Positions 47,861 through 57,485 of a stretch of DNA of 64,000 bases are shown piece after piece. Below the pieces are notes generated by a model. It ran no database searches. It saw only the letters and a program-made list of their open reading frames with translations, and had not been told where the DNA came from. Position 1 is the first letter of the stretch; each line of letters starts with the position of its first letter. This stretch comes from an uncultured Gemmatimonadaceae bacterium (GTDB lineage: Bacteria > Gemmatimonadota > Gemmatimonadetes > Gemmatimonadales > Gemmatimonadaceae), in contig CAVXGK010000001.1 of the NCBI GenBank assembly GCA_963761305.1, positions 1,440,001-1,504,000 on the forward strand, written 5' to 3'. A program made the position numbers and the translations under genes.

Positions 47861-48082
47861 CGAGTTGACGATTCGCACGCGCGCACGTTGCGCGCCGTCA
47901 TCGTCCGAGAGCGCGGCCGACGGCGGTCGGGCGCGGTCGACCGGCCGCGTGCGGACAGTCCGGTTGCGACCCGATGTGCGGGAACGCGTCTGGCGTTGGG
48001 CGGCCGAGTCGGCGCTTCGCCAATTCAGTGCCTTGCAGGTCGCGCCGAAGCACATGGACGCCGCATCCAGGAGATAGAGAAT

Positions 48083-49183
48083 ATGAACCCACCCTCGCTC
48101 AAACTGGGCACATCCCTCACTGTGGCGACGGTCGCCATCGCGCTCGCGGCGTGCAGCGACAACAACCACGTCGTGAACATCATCACGCCGCTCAACTCCT
48201 TCGTGGTGACGCCGCTCGTCGCCGACCAGGGTTCAGCGGTCACGATCGATCCGAGTCTCATCAATCCGTGGGGCATCGCCTTCGGGCCGACAGGCCTGCT
48301 GTGGGTGGCCAACAACGGAACCGGCACCTCCACGGTGTACAACGGGAACGGGACCAAGGTTGCACTCCATGTGGCGATTCCGGGCGTCAACGGCGGACAA
48401 GGCGTTCCGACCGGCGTGACCCTCAACTCGACGGTGGACTTCGCGGTCGTGGGAATCGGTCCCCAGCCGCTCTCCGCGGTCGGACCGGCCACGTTCATCT
48501 TCGCGGGTGAGGACGGCACGATCTCGGCGTGGAACGCGCAGATACCCGGCGGCAACGCCGTGATCGTCGCGGACCGCTCGGGCGCCGGCGCCGTCTACAA
48601 GGGCGTCGCGATCGCGTCCAACGCCCAAGGCAGTTTCCTGTACGCGACGAACTTCCACGGCAACACGGTGGATATGTTCGATCGCAACTTCACGTTCGTG
48701 AGGTCGTTCACCGATTCGGGCATGACCCTGGGGTTCGCCCCGTTCGGGATCGCGAACATCGGCGGCAAGCTCTTCGTGACGTACGCCAAGCAGCTGCCGC
48801 CGGACAATCATGACGATGAAGCGGGCGTCGGCAACGGCTTCGTGGACGTCTTCAACGCTGACGGTACGCTCGCCAGGCGCTTCGCGTCGAACGGTACGCT
48901 CAATTCTCCGTGGGCGATCGCGCTCGCCCCGTCGAACTTCAGCCGTTTCTCCGGCGACATCCTGATCGGCAATTTCGGCGACGGCTTGATCGGCGCGTAC
49001 GATCCGAACACCGGCGCGCTCGTCGACCAGCTGCGCGACGAGCACGCGAATGCGATCAAGATCGAAGGCCTGTGGGGTCTGGCATTTGGTCCGTTCCCCG
49101 GCTCGACCGTCCTGTACTTCGCGTCGGGTCCGCAGGAGGAATCGCACGGACTCGTCGGCACGTTGACGGTGACGCTGCAATAG
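48083..49183 (+). CDS. TIGR03118-family lipoprotein
   Basis: Lipobox LAAC; LINPWGIA, WVANNGTG, FIFAGEDGTISAW, LNSPW, GNFGDG, GLWGLAF. Confidence 0.85.
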   Translation: MNPPSLKLGTSLTVATVAIALAACSDNNHVVNIITPLNSFVVTPLVADQGSAVTIDPSLINPWGIAFGPTGLLWVANNGTGTSTVYNGNGTKVALHVAIPGVNGGQGVPTGVTLNSTVDFAVVGIGPQPLSAVGPATFIFAGEDGTISAWNAQIPGGNAVIVADRSGAGAVYKGVAIASNAQGSFLYATNFHGNTVDMFDRNFTFVRSFTDSGMTLGFAPFGIANIGGKLFVTYAKQLPPDNHDDEAGVGNGFVDVFNADGTLARRFASNGTLNSPWAIALAPSNFSRFSGDILIGNFGDGLIGAYDPNTGALVDQLRDEHANAIKIEGLWGLAFGPFPGSTVLYFASGPQEESHGLVGTLTVTLQ

Positions 49184-49268
49184 TCTACTCATCGGCATGA
49201 GTAGGGGACGACGAGGTCCGGCGCGGACATTCAGATCCGCGCCGGACCTGGTCACGTCCAACACCGAC

Positions 49269-50292
49269 ATGCCGAAAAAAGAATCCGTCGAGTTACTGTC
49301 GATCGACGGGCACGACGTCCGGATCACGAATCCGGACAAGCCTTACTTTTTGCGCGACGTCAAGCTCACGAAGCTCGACGTCGCTCGGTACTATCTGTCG
49401 GTCGCCGACGGCGCATTGCGCGGCATTCGCGACCGGCCGCTGGTGCTCAAGCGATTCGTCGACGGCGCCGAGCAACCGCCCTTTTATCAGAAGCGCGCGC
49501 CGGAAAACCGGCCGGGGTGGCTGCGCACGGTCACGCTCTCGTTCCCGTCCGGTCGTACCGCGACCGAGGTCGTCGTCGACGACACCGCCGGTCTCGCCTG
49601 GGTGGTGAACCTCGGCTGCATCGAGCTCCATCCGCACCCGACGCGTTCGGGCGACGTGGACCATCCCGACGAATTGCGCATCGATCTCGACCCGACGCCC
49701 GGCGTCGCCTGGGACGACGTGCGCCGCGTGGCGATGGAGTCGAAGGCGCTGTTGGAAGAGATGGGGCTCGTCGGCTGGCCGAAGACGAGCGGATCGCGCG
49801 GCATGCACGTCTGGGCGCGCATCGAGCAGAAGTGGCCGTTCACCGAGGTGCGGCGCGCGGCGCTCGCGTTCTCGCGCGAGATCGAGCGGCGCGTGCCGAC
49901 GTTGGCGACGTCCAAGTGGTGGAAGGAAGAGCGCCATGGCGTGTTCCTCGACTACAACCAGAACGCCAAGGATCGCACGATGTGCTCGGCGTATTCGCTG
50001 CGGCCGCTGCCCGACGCGCGGGCGTCGGCGCCGCTTACATGGAAGGAGGTCCCCGACTGCGATCCGGCGGAGTTCACGGCGCTCACGATGCCCGAGCGAT
50101 TCGCGACGATCGGCGATCCGCACGAAGGGATCGACGCGGCGGTCGGGTCGCTCGACGCGTCTGCTCGAGCTGGCGGCGCGTGACGAGGCAACGGGACTAG
50201 GCGACGCGCCGTGGCCGCCGCATTTTAGAAAGGTGGAAGGCGAAGCTCCTCGCGTCGCGCCGTCGCGGGCGAGGAAACGGCCGAAGTCATGA
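49269..50292 (+). pseudogene. LigD-polymerase-like primase-polymerase (Prim-PolC type) with +1 frameshift near 50160
   Basis: ITNPDK, FYQKRAP, DELRIDLDP, KTSGSRGMH, DYNQN. The expected tail LLELAARDE...DAPWPPHFRK...PRVAPSR is in another frame after ctc gac gcg T ctg ctc gag. Confidence 0.8.
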
Positions 50293-52043
50293 GTCCGCGC
50301 CCGAGGGGGGGAATGCGCCGGATACTCGTAACGCTTTCAACGGTCCTCGCACTCGGCGGCGCGCGGCGCGCTCAGTCCCAAGAGGTGCGTGGGACCGTGC
50401 GCGAAAACGTGAGCCGGCAACCGATTCCGGGCGCCGTCATCTCGTTGCTCGACTCGGCCGGGCGCACCCTCGGGCGCAACATCACCGACGAACGAGGCCA
50501 GTATCGTCTCGGCGCGTCGCCGGCGACCACGCAGCTGCGGTTCATTCGCATCGGATTCCGGCCGTTGACGGTCGCGCTAGCACGATCTGGGACGGGCGTC
50601 GACACCGTGGACGTCGTCATGACGACACTGCCGACGATGCTCGATCCGATGACGGTCAGCGCGAACGGCTGCCCGCGCCGCGACGACGCGGGCGCCGCGC
50701 TCGGATTATTGCAGCAGGCGCGGGCGAGTTTGCTCAACAGCGTCGTCGCGCGCGAAGCGAACCCCGGACGCGTCGTCCGTCTGAGGTTTCAGCGCACGAT
50801 GGATGGCACGAGCGACCGCATCGCTCGACAAGTGGTGAGGGCGGACTCGAGCGACCAGTCGTCGTCACCCTTCAGTGCGGTACGCTCGGCGTCGGAATTC
50901 GTACGCTCCGGATTCGTCAAAGAGGAGGCGGGCGGCAGCGTGTTCTACGCGCCCGACGCGGACGCGCTGCTCGACGACGCGTTCATGGCCGGCTACTGCT
51001 TCCGCCTCGTGGCGCCGGATCGCGACCATCGCACCGAGGTGGGGCTCGGCTTCTCCGCCCCGAATCGCGCGCGCGGCCGCGTGGACATCGACGGCGTCCT
51101 GTGGGTCGACACGACGCAGCGACAGCTGCGGCGACTCGAATTCCTCTACGTGGGCTTGGACCGATCGCTCGCGAGTGCAAACCCCGGTGGGCGCCTGTCG
51201 TTTCACGATATGGCGAACGGCGTCATCATCATCGACCGCTGGTCCCTGCGACTTCCCGGTGTGCGCGAGGACTCGACTTACGACAACCGCACGCAGGCGT
51301 ACACACGGCGACGCTGGCTCGAGGTGCAGGAGACGGGCGGCGAGGTCGCGCACATCGAGTGGCCGTCAGGTCTCGCATGGGACGCGCCCCTCGGGACGCT
51401 GCATCTCACGTTGCTCACGCACGCGCACACGCCCGCCGCCCGGACGCGCGTGTGGCTCGACGGGACGTCTTACGCGCAGCGGGCCGACGCGAACGGCGAA
51501 GTGACGCTCGGGCGACTGCTGCCCGGCCCGTACGAGCTCGTCGTCATCGACAGTCTCCTCGAACCGCTCGGCATCACGCTTCGGACGCCGATCGCGTTCG
51601 TGGCCGTGCGCGACTCGACGTATCGAGCCACGCTCGAGGTCCAGACCGCACACGACTACGTCGCCGATCGGTGCGTCCACGACAGAATGTGGCAGAACAC
51701 AATGCCGCGCCGGCGCCCCGATGCCGTCTGGATGATCGGCCGAGTGCTTGGGCCCGACGGCACGCCATTCGCCGACGCTCGGGCCGTACTCGACGAAGGC
51801 TCTGAAGCACGCCGCGCGCAGCAGGCAGGCGCGAACTTCACGTTGGGCGACGACCGGAGGAAATTGGCGAGCACCGCTACCGGGACGGACGGCATCTTCG
51901 AGCTCTGTCAGGGCCGATTCCTGATCGGAGACAGCGTGATCGTAGCGCTCCGCCATGGTGACGTTCTGACCAACGTGTTCCGGTTCGTGCTCAAAGATTC
52001 GCTGACCGTGCTGCCGTTGCTGCGCGAGGCAAAGCGACCCTGA
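50289..52043 (+). CDS. Secreted protein with carboxypeptidase-regulatory-like domains
   Basis: Signal peptide (start may be 50313); VRGTVRE...PIPGAVISL...TDERGQY; second similar domain RADANGE...LLPGPY. Confidence 0.75.
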   Translation: MSPRPRGGMRRILVTLSTVLALGGARRAQSQEVRGTVRENVSRQPIPGAVISLLDSAGRTLGRNITDERGQYRLGASPATTQLRFIRIGFRPLTVALARSGTGVDTVDVVMTTLPTMLDPMTVSANGCPRRDDAGAALGLLQQARASLLNSVVAREANPGRVVRLRFQRTMDGTSDRIARQVVRADSSDQSSSPFSAVRSASEFVRSGFVKEEAGGSVFYAPDADALLDDAFMAGYCFRLVAPDRDHRTEVGLGFSAPNRARGRVDIDGVLWVDTTQRQLRRLEFLYVGLDRSLASANPGGRLSFHDMANGVIIIDRWSLRLPGVREDSTYDNRTQAYTRRRWLEVQETGGEVAHIEWPSGLAWDAPLGTLHLTLLTHAHTPAARTRVWLDGTSYAQRADANGEVTLGRLLPGPYELVVIDSLLEPLGITLRTPIAFVAVRDSTYRATLEVQTAHDYVADRCVHDRMWQNTMPRRRPDAVWMIGRVLGPDGTPFADARAVLDEGSEARRAQQAGANFTLGDDRRKLASTATGTDGIFELCQGRFLIGDSVIVALRHGDVLTNVFRFVLKDSLTVLPLLREAKRP

Positions 52044-52061
52044 GGGTGCTCGTGCGGCGTG

Positions 52062-53141
52062 TCAGCGCGCGAAGATTGACGCCAGCTCGTGCGGCGGCAC
52101 GACCTCGAGCTGCTCGAACGTGCAATCGTGGGGGTGTTTGTCGGTGCGCCATCGCCTGAACTGCGCTGTGTGACGAAACCGTCCGCTCTGCATGTGGTCG
52201 TACGCGACCTCCACGACGAGCTCCGGCCGCAGCGGTTCCCACGACAGGTCTTTCCCCTGACTCCAACGACTCTGGCCACCGGGACGCCGGAACGCGGCGC
52301 CTTCTGAAACGTCGGGCGCCGCCCAATCGCGCCACGGGTGATTCTCGAGCGCGTTCTCGCGATACGGCGTGAGGAACGTCACCAGCTCGCGCCGTCTTGC
52401 CGCCGTGAAGCTCGCCGCGACGCCCACGTGGTGGAGCTTTCCAGACTCGTCATAGAGGCCGAGCAGGAGTGAGCCGACGGCTGTCTGTTCGCTGCCTTTG
52501 TGCCAGCGAAATCCGGCGACGACACAGTCGCAGTCGCGTTCGTGCTTCACCTTGAGCATCACGCGCTTGTTCGGTTCGTACTTCCCTTCCTCGCGCTTGG
52601 CCATCACGCCGTCCAGCCCCGCGCCTTCGAACCGCTTGAACCAATCGGCGGCGAGCGCGCGATCGGTCGTCGCCGGCGTGACGTGCACGGGCGGCGTCGC
52701 GCCCGCGAGCATCGACTCGAGCATCGATCGCCGCACGGCGAACGGATGCTCCCGCAAATCCGCCGTGCCGTCCGCCAACACATCGAAGAACACAATCGAC
52801 GACGGGATCTCCGCTGCCAGCTTCCGCACGCGCGACTCGGCGGGATGCAGCCGCAGTTGCAGCGCCTCGAAGTCGAGACCGTGGTCGCCGGCGATGACGA
52901 TCTCGCCGTCGAGGACGCAGCGGTCGGGGATGCGCGTCTTCAACGACTCGACGAGCTCCGGGAAGTAGCGGTCGAGCGGCCGTTCGTCGCGGCTCTGGAT
53001 GAACATCTCGTCGCCGTCGCGAAAGACGAGCGTGCGGAAGCCGTCCCACTTCGGCTCGAAGATCCAGCCGTCGTCGGTCGGCAGCTCGTCGACGCGAGTC
53101 GCCAACATCGGCAGAAGCGGTGGGTTGACGGGGAGGTGCAC
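52062..53141 (-). CDS. ligC: ATP-dependent DNA ligase, LigC type
   Basis: PMLA, EPKWDGFR, LDGEI, FDVL, EGAGLDGVMAK, KVKHER, VVEVAYD, RFRH. Confidence 0.88.
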   Translation of the reverse strand: MHLPVNPPLLPMLATRVDELPTDDGWIFEPKWDGFRTLVFRDGDEMFIQSRDERPLDRYFPELVESLKTRIPDRCVLDGEIVIAGDHGLDFEALQLRLHPAESRVRKLAAEIPSSIVFFDVLADGTADLREHPFAVRRSMLESMLAGATPPVHVTPATTDRALAADWFKRFEGAGLDGVMAKREEGKYEPNKRVMLKVKHERDCDCVVAGFRWHKGSEQTAVGSLLLGLYDESGKLHHVGVAASFTAARRRELVTFLTPYRENALENHPWRDWAAPDVSEGAAFRRPGGQSRWSQGKDLSWEPLRPELVVEVAYDHMQSGRFRHTAQFRRWRTDKHPHDCTFEQLEVVPPHELASIFAR

Positions 53142-53205
53142 GAAGTAATTTGAGAAGTCTGAGGTCAGAAGCCCGACGTCGGACGTCAGAATGTTCGCAG
53201 CGCAG

Positions 53206-53472
53206 TCAGGACGTGGGCACCACCATGACGCTGATGCCTGTCGCGTCCAGGTGCAACGCGTGCGGCGTGCGAACCAGCCGAAGCATTACCGCGTCGCACC
53301 GCCCGCAGCGGAGTACGATGCCCATCTCCTGCCCGTATTCGGCGAGCGCGCCAAGCGGCGCGGCCGTGTGGCAGCCGGCGCACGTCGCCGTCGCGGCGGT
53401 CACGTCGCGGGCGAACAGATCGCTGAGCGGGCCAGCGGCCGCGTTTCCATCCAATCGCATCTGATCCGGCAT
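53206..53472 (-). CDS. Small zinc-ribbon protein (DUF6510-like)
   Basis: LDGNAAAGPL, CAGC, LRCGRC. Confidence 0.75.
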   Translation of the reverse strand: MPDQMRLDGNAAAGPLSDLFARDVTAATATCAGCHTAAPLGALAEYGQEMGIVLRCGRCDAVMLRLVRTPHALHLDATGISVMVVPTS

Positions 53473-53506
53473 TCCTTCCCCCAGGTGGCTCGGGTGTTTC
53501 GGCCTG

Positions 53507-54277
53507 TCAACTCGTCGGTCCGAATCGCTCGGTGCGGATTCTCGACGCGACATGGCCCAGCGCGACCAACAGGTTCGCCGCCGTTTCCACGAACGGAGTT
53601 GGACCGCAGACGTACGAGATCGGTGAATCGGCTGGCGGCCAGCCGATCGTCTGAAGCAACGCACGGTCGATTCGGCGCCTCTCCCCTTTCCACTCGCTCG
53701 ACGCCGGTTCGCGCGTGAGCGTGAACGTCACGCGCGCGTCGCCGGTCGCCGCGAGCTCACTCAACTCCCGCTCATAGATCACGTCAGACCTGGTTCGCGC
53801 GGAGTAGAGGAGTCGCATCGGACTGCGCGCCTTTCGGTCGTGGTCGGCCAGCCCGCGATGCCGGAGCATGGCCATCAGCGGCACGATGCCGGACCCGCCG
53901 GCGACGAGAAACACCGGTCCCTCCTGCGTCGACGCCCACACGAAATAGCCCCCGATCGGCCCCCGCACCTCGACGCCGTCCCCCGGGGCGAGCACGTCGC
54001 ACAGGTACGGCGAGACCTCGCCGTCGTCGAGGCGTTCGATCGTGAGCTCGACGTGGGCATTCTCCGGCGCAGACGCGATGGAGTACGATCGCTGCGCCTG
54101 GTAGCCGTCGTCGGAGACGAGCCGCACGTCGACGTGTTGCCCGGCGCGATGGCCGCGCCATCCGGGTACCTCGAGGACGAGCGTGTGCGCGCGCGGCGTC
54201 TCGGCCCGAATCTCGGCGACGCGCGCCACCTGCCACGCCAAGCGTGGTGTGCCCGCCGGGTCCTCTCGTTCGCTCAC
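53507..54277 (-). CDS. Ferredoxin reductase-like FAD/NAD(P)H oxidoreductase
   Basis: AGQHVDVRL, RSYSIAS, GEVSPYL, AGGSGIVP, YVCGP, TERFG. Confidence 0.9.
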   Translation of the reverse strand: MSEREDPAGTPRLAWQVARVAEIRAETPRAHTLVLEVPGWRGHRAGQHVDVRLVSDDGYQAQRSYSIASAPENAHVELTIERLDDGEVSPYLCDVLAPGDGVEVRGPIGGYFVWASTQEGPVFLVAGGSGIVPLMAMLRHRGLADHDRKARSPMRLLYSARTRSDVIYERELSELAATGDARVTFTLTREPASSEWKGERRRIDRALLQTIGWPPADSPISYVCGPTPFVETAANLLVALGHVASRIRTERFGPTS

Positions 54278-54278
54278 G

Positions 54279-54902
54279 TCAGGGATCGCCCTGATAGCGC
54301 TGTTCCTTCCACGGGTCTCCGCGGTCGTGATAGCCGAGTTGCTCCCAGAATCCCGGTTCGTCGCCGTCGATGAGCCTGAGGCCGCGCAGCCACTTTGCGC
54401 TCTTCCAGAAATACAGATGCGGCACGAGCAGGCGCGCCGGTCCGCCGTGTTCGGGCGCGAGCGGCGCGCCGCCGAACCCGAACACGACCCACGCCTTGCC
54501 GCCCGTGACGTCGGCAAGCGGGAGATTCGTCGTGTAGCCGCCGTCACTCTGCGCCATCACGAACGGTCGTTCGGCGACGCCGCTCGCCGACGCGGCTCGC
54601 AGTAGCGTGTCGACTGAAATCCCTTCCCACGTGGTGTCGAACTTCGACCACTTGGTCACGCAGTGGATGTCGACGGTCGGCCCCTCGTGCGGCAGCGCGA
54701 GCAGTTCGGTCCAGGACCACCGCATCGCGCGGTCGCCGCTCTTGATCGTGAGGTCCCACGCATCGAGGGACGTGCGCGGAGTCGGGCCAGCGGAGAGTAC
54801 GGGAAAGTCACGAGTCTCGTATTGGCCGGGCGGAAGTCGGCCCGGCGGCGCGGGCGGTCGCTTGCCGTGAAATCCACGTGCAATGAAGGGGATGTCGGCC
54901 AT
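54279..54902 (-). CDS. Sulfite oxidase-like molybdopterin oxidoreductase
   Basis: LPPGQY, DIHCVTKWS, EHGGPARL, YFWKSAKW, PGFWE..GYH. Confidence 0.9.
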   Translation of the reverse strand: MADIPFIARGFHGKRPPAPPGRLPPGQYETRDFPVLSAGPTPRTSLDAWDLTIKSGDRAMRWSWTELLALPHEGPTVDIHCVTKWSKFDTTWEGISVDTLLRAASASGVAERPFVMAQSDGGYTTNLPLADVTGGKAWVVFGFGGAPLAPEHGGPARLLVPHLYFWKSAKWLRGLRLIDGDEPGFWEQLGYHDRGDPWKEQRYQGDP

Positions 54903-55063
54903 GACCTAACGGAACGCGCGCTTGGTCCAAACCGCAATCTGTCGGCGGAGACCGCGCGGACTCGTGCGGCAGAGTCCGCGAAAGTCACGACATCAGATCC
55001 GTTTCCGCGCGGCGGTCGTACCGCTCCTGAATCCACCTCAACCACTTCAGGAAACCCCGTCCC

Positions 55064-55624
55064 ATGTCGTTCAAACGCGTTGTCCCCGTCGCCTCCATCA
55101 CTGCCATCGCCGCGGTGGCCTTCGTGCTTCGCGCCGCCTCGGCCGCGCCGACGACAGGTTACACGCGCACCGCCGCGCTCGACGATCCCACCATCGTCGC
55201 CATCTTCGACGCCGCCAATACAGCGGACATCGAGACTGGCGAGCTGGGCGTCAAGAAGGGCACTACCAAAGAGATTCGTGAGTTCGGAGCAATGCTGGCG
55301 CGCGACCATAAGAACGTGCGTCAACAGGGGCGCGATCTGGCGAAGAAGCTGGGCGTGACCCCGACGCCGCCCAAGGACGACGACAGCATGAAGAGCCACG
55401 CCGCCGTCATGAAGCAGCTGAACAGCCTCTCCGGCACAGCGTTCGACAGAGCGTTTCTGCAGAACGAAGTCGCGTACCACGACGCGGTGATCGGCGCGGT
55501 GACCAAGACGCTGCTGCCGGCGATCCAGAACGCCGATTTGAAGGAGCTGGTCACGAAGGTGGCGCCGGCGTTCGTCGCGCACCGCGACGCAGCGAAGAAT
55601 CTGCTCGACAAGCAGGGGATGTAG
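55064..55624 (+). CDS. DUF4142-domain exported protein
   Basis: Signal peptide; ANTADIE, FGAMLARDH, FDRAFL, ferritin-like helices. Confidence 0.85.
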   Translation: MSFKRVVPVASITAIAAVAFVLRAASAAPTTGYTRTAALDDPTIVAIFDAANTADIETGELGVKKGTTKEIREFGAMLARDHKNVRQQGRDLAKKLGVTPTPPKDDDSMKSHAAVMKQLNSLSGTAFDRAFLQNEVAYHDAVIGAVTKTLLPAIQNADLKELVTKVAPAFVAHRDAAKNLLDKQGM

Positions 55625-55740
55625 TTCGGTTCTCGAGCCCCCCTACTTACTATAGTCTCCGCGAACCTCGACCTTGCTACACGGCAATATTTGCCGAGCG
55701 TGCTAAAACTCTAATCCAGGTAGTTAAACGAATTCGAGTT

Positions 55741-55785
55741 GTCAGCAGAGCGTCAGCAGAGCGTCATGCTGACGCTTTGCTGACG
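55741..55785. repeat. Combined 11-bp direct repeat and 18-bp inverted repeat
   Basis: GTCAGCAGAGCGTCAGCA (55741-55758) pairs with TGCTGACGCTTTGCTGAC (55767-55784) at 17/18. Confidence 0.8.
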
Positions 55786-56322
55786 TTAATAACCATCAAA
55801 AAGCACCGGCGATGTACCCAAAACAGCGTCCGCGGATAATACCCAAGTAGAGGGGCGCGTCTCGCGAGAACTTCGTTCCGCGGACCCTCGACTTCACGAT
55901 CGCGCGCCGGATTTTCAGTTCCCCCCGCGGCGATCCGCTCTTCGACCATCACGACGACACGCTTTCCGCACCCATCGCGCGTGGGTGCGGCGTCGCGTTC
56001 TGCCGCGAACGGGAGGACTTCGATTCTCGCGGGCCCGCGACCAACCGTTTCAACCCCAACCCCAGGAGGCGACCCAACATTTCCACGCGGGGCGGGCGCT
56101 GCACGGTCCTGGACCGGTGCACCCGACGCTCGCAACGGACCACGGCAAGAGTGCCGGCTCATCATCCGCGACGCGCCGCGCGTTGCGCCCGGTCGAGCGC
56201 CGACTCTTCCAACCTCCACCCTCACCACTCGAGGTCGATCCGCGGCGATACATCGATTCACCATGGCTTTCAGAAATCGCACGTCCACAGCAGTCCACTC
56301 ACTCAATTTCGACAGGAGCTTT

Positions 56323-57081
56323 ATGAGACATTCGCAGGGGCAAGTGTTCCACACCGGCCGCCGCATCCAGATGTTTCTGGATGCGAACGATTCGCTGTTC
56401 GGCAGTATCAACAAGTCCGCCACGCGCGCCGAGCTCGACACGGTCGTGACGGCACTCGGCACCGATGCCGGCGCACAGGCAACGGGCCGCACGACCGCTC
56501 TCGGTGAATCGGCCAACCAGCGCGCGCTGCGGGTGGCGCTGCGGCTGAACAACATGCGGCCGATCGCGTCGATCGCGAAGCTGCGACTCCGCACGGTGCC
56601 CAACTTCGCGGCGCTGAGGATGCCGTCGCCGCATCTCACCGGGAAGGCGCTCGTCGCGCACGCGAGCGGCATGGGGGGAGCCGCCAAGCCGTACGAGCAG
56701 GTGTTCATCGACAGCGGCCTGGCATCCGATTTTCTGGCCAGGCTGTCGGCAGCAACGGCCGCGGTCGAAGCGTCTCTGCTTGCTCGGGCGAACGCCCGCG
56801 GCCAACAGTCGCAGGCGACCGGGTCGCTCAGACAGCTCGAGGTCCGCGGTCGCGGGGTCTTTCAGGCGCTCAGCGATCTCGTGGTCCCGATTCTTTCGAC
56901 GGACATCGGGAACAGCGGCCTGCTCGCCGAGTGGCGAAGCGTGCGCCGTGTGACACTCAAGCCGGGGCCGACGATCGGCTCGGCGCTGGCGGCGACGCAA
57001 CTCGATCCGCCGGAGGGTCAGCCGGCGCCCGCAGCTTCAACGCCGGCGCCGCAGCCGAGTAGCACAACCGCAGCCGCATAG
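56323..57081 (+). CDS. Hypothetical alpha-helical protein
   Basis: AGGAG RBS before ATG 56323; Ala/Leu-rich helical body with a Pro/Ala/Thr tail. Confidence 0.72.
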   Translation: MRHSQGQVFHTGRRIQMFLDANDSLFGSINKSATRAELDTVVTALGTDAGAQATGRTTALGESANQRALRVALRLNNMRPIASIAKLRLRTVPNFAALRMPSPHLTGKALVAHASGMGGAAKPYEQVFIDSGLASDFLARLSAATAAVEASLLARANARGQQSQATGSLRQLEVRGRGVFQALSDLVVPILSTDIGNSGLLAEWRSVRRVTLKPGPTIGSALAATQLDPPEGQPAPAASTPAPQPSSTTAAA

Positions 57082-57162
57082 CCGCGGGTGAAGGAGTAGC
57101 TCGAGGTTGGAGCCGTGGCGGTTCCCGGCTCCAGCCTCGTTGGCTCACCTGAATCCCGCGGC
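57081..57162 (+). other. Long stem-loop immediately after the stop codon
   Basis: CGAGGTTGGAGCCG (57102-57115) pairs with CGGCTCCAGCCTCG (57126-57139); outer pair GCCGCGGG/CCCGCGGC. No U-tract. Confidence 0.6.
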
Positions 57163-57370
57163 GCAGCTGTAACATTTTGTTCCGGTCCTTTGCGCCGAAT
57201 CGTCGCACAATGCACGGCGGAGCTGGCGGGTTTCACGCGTGGAACCCGCGATTCCGACCACCGCGCCGATTCGAGAACTGGTATGAGACTCGCCCTTCTT
57301 GCTGCACAGGCCCGACCCCCAGCCACGCCGCAAGCCGGCTTACAGGGATGTAACTTCGCTGTGTGGAAAA

Positions 57371-57398
57371 TGTCACGTTTTGATGGTGTCCATGACAC
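57371..57398. promoter_or_regulatory. Putative operator TGTCACG-N13-CATGACAC upstream of the TPR gene
   Basis: Split palindrome; identical arms recur at 59037-59063. Confidence 0.6.
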
Positions 57399-57485
57399 GA
57401 TCATCCGATTGATCGAAGTCCATGGCACGCCGATATATGGCTAGTGCGGCTTGGCTCCTATCTCGTTCGGCATGAGGAAAGGGAC

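Noticed and set aside
47540..48082. N-terminal extension of the TIGR03118 ORF
   Set aside because: Overlaps the M23 gene antisense; the RBS and lipoprotein signal point to ATG 48083.
50150..50170. Programmed ribosomal frameshift in the primase-polymerase gene
   Set aside because: No slippery sequence at the site; mutation or sequencing error is more likely.
55625..55740. Possible tRNA or integration site at the GC drop
   Set aside because: No cloverleaf or T-arm/CCA pattern, no integrase, and no matching direct repeat seen.
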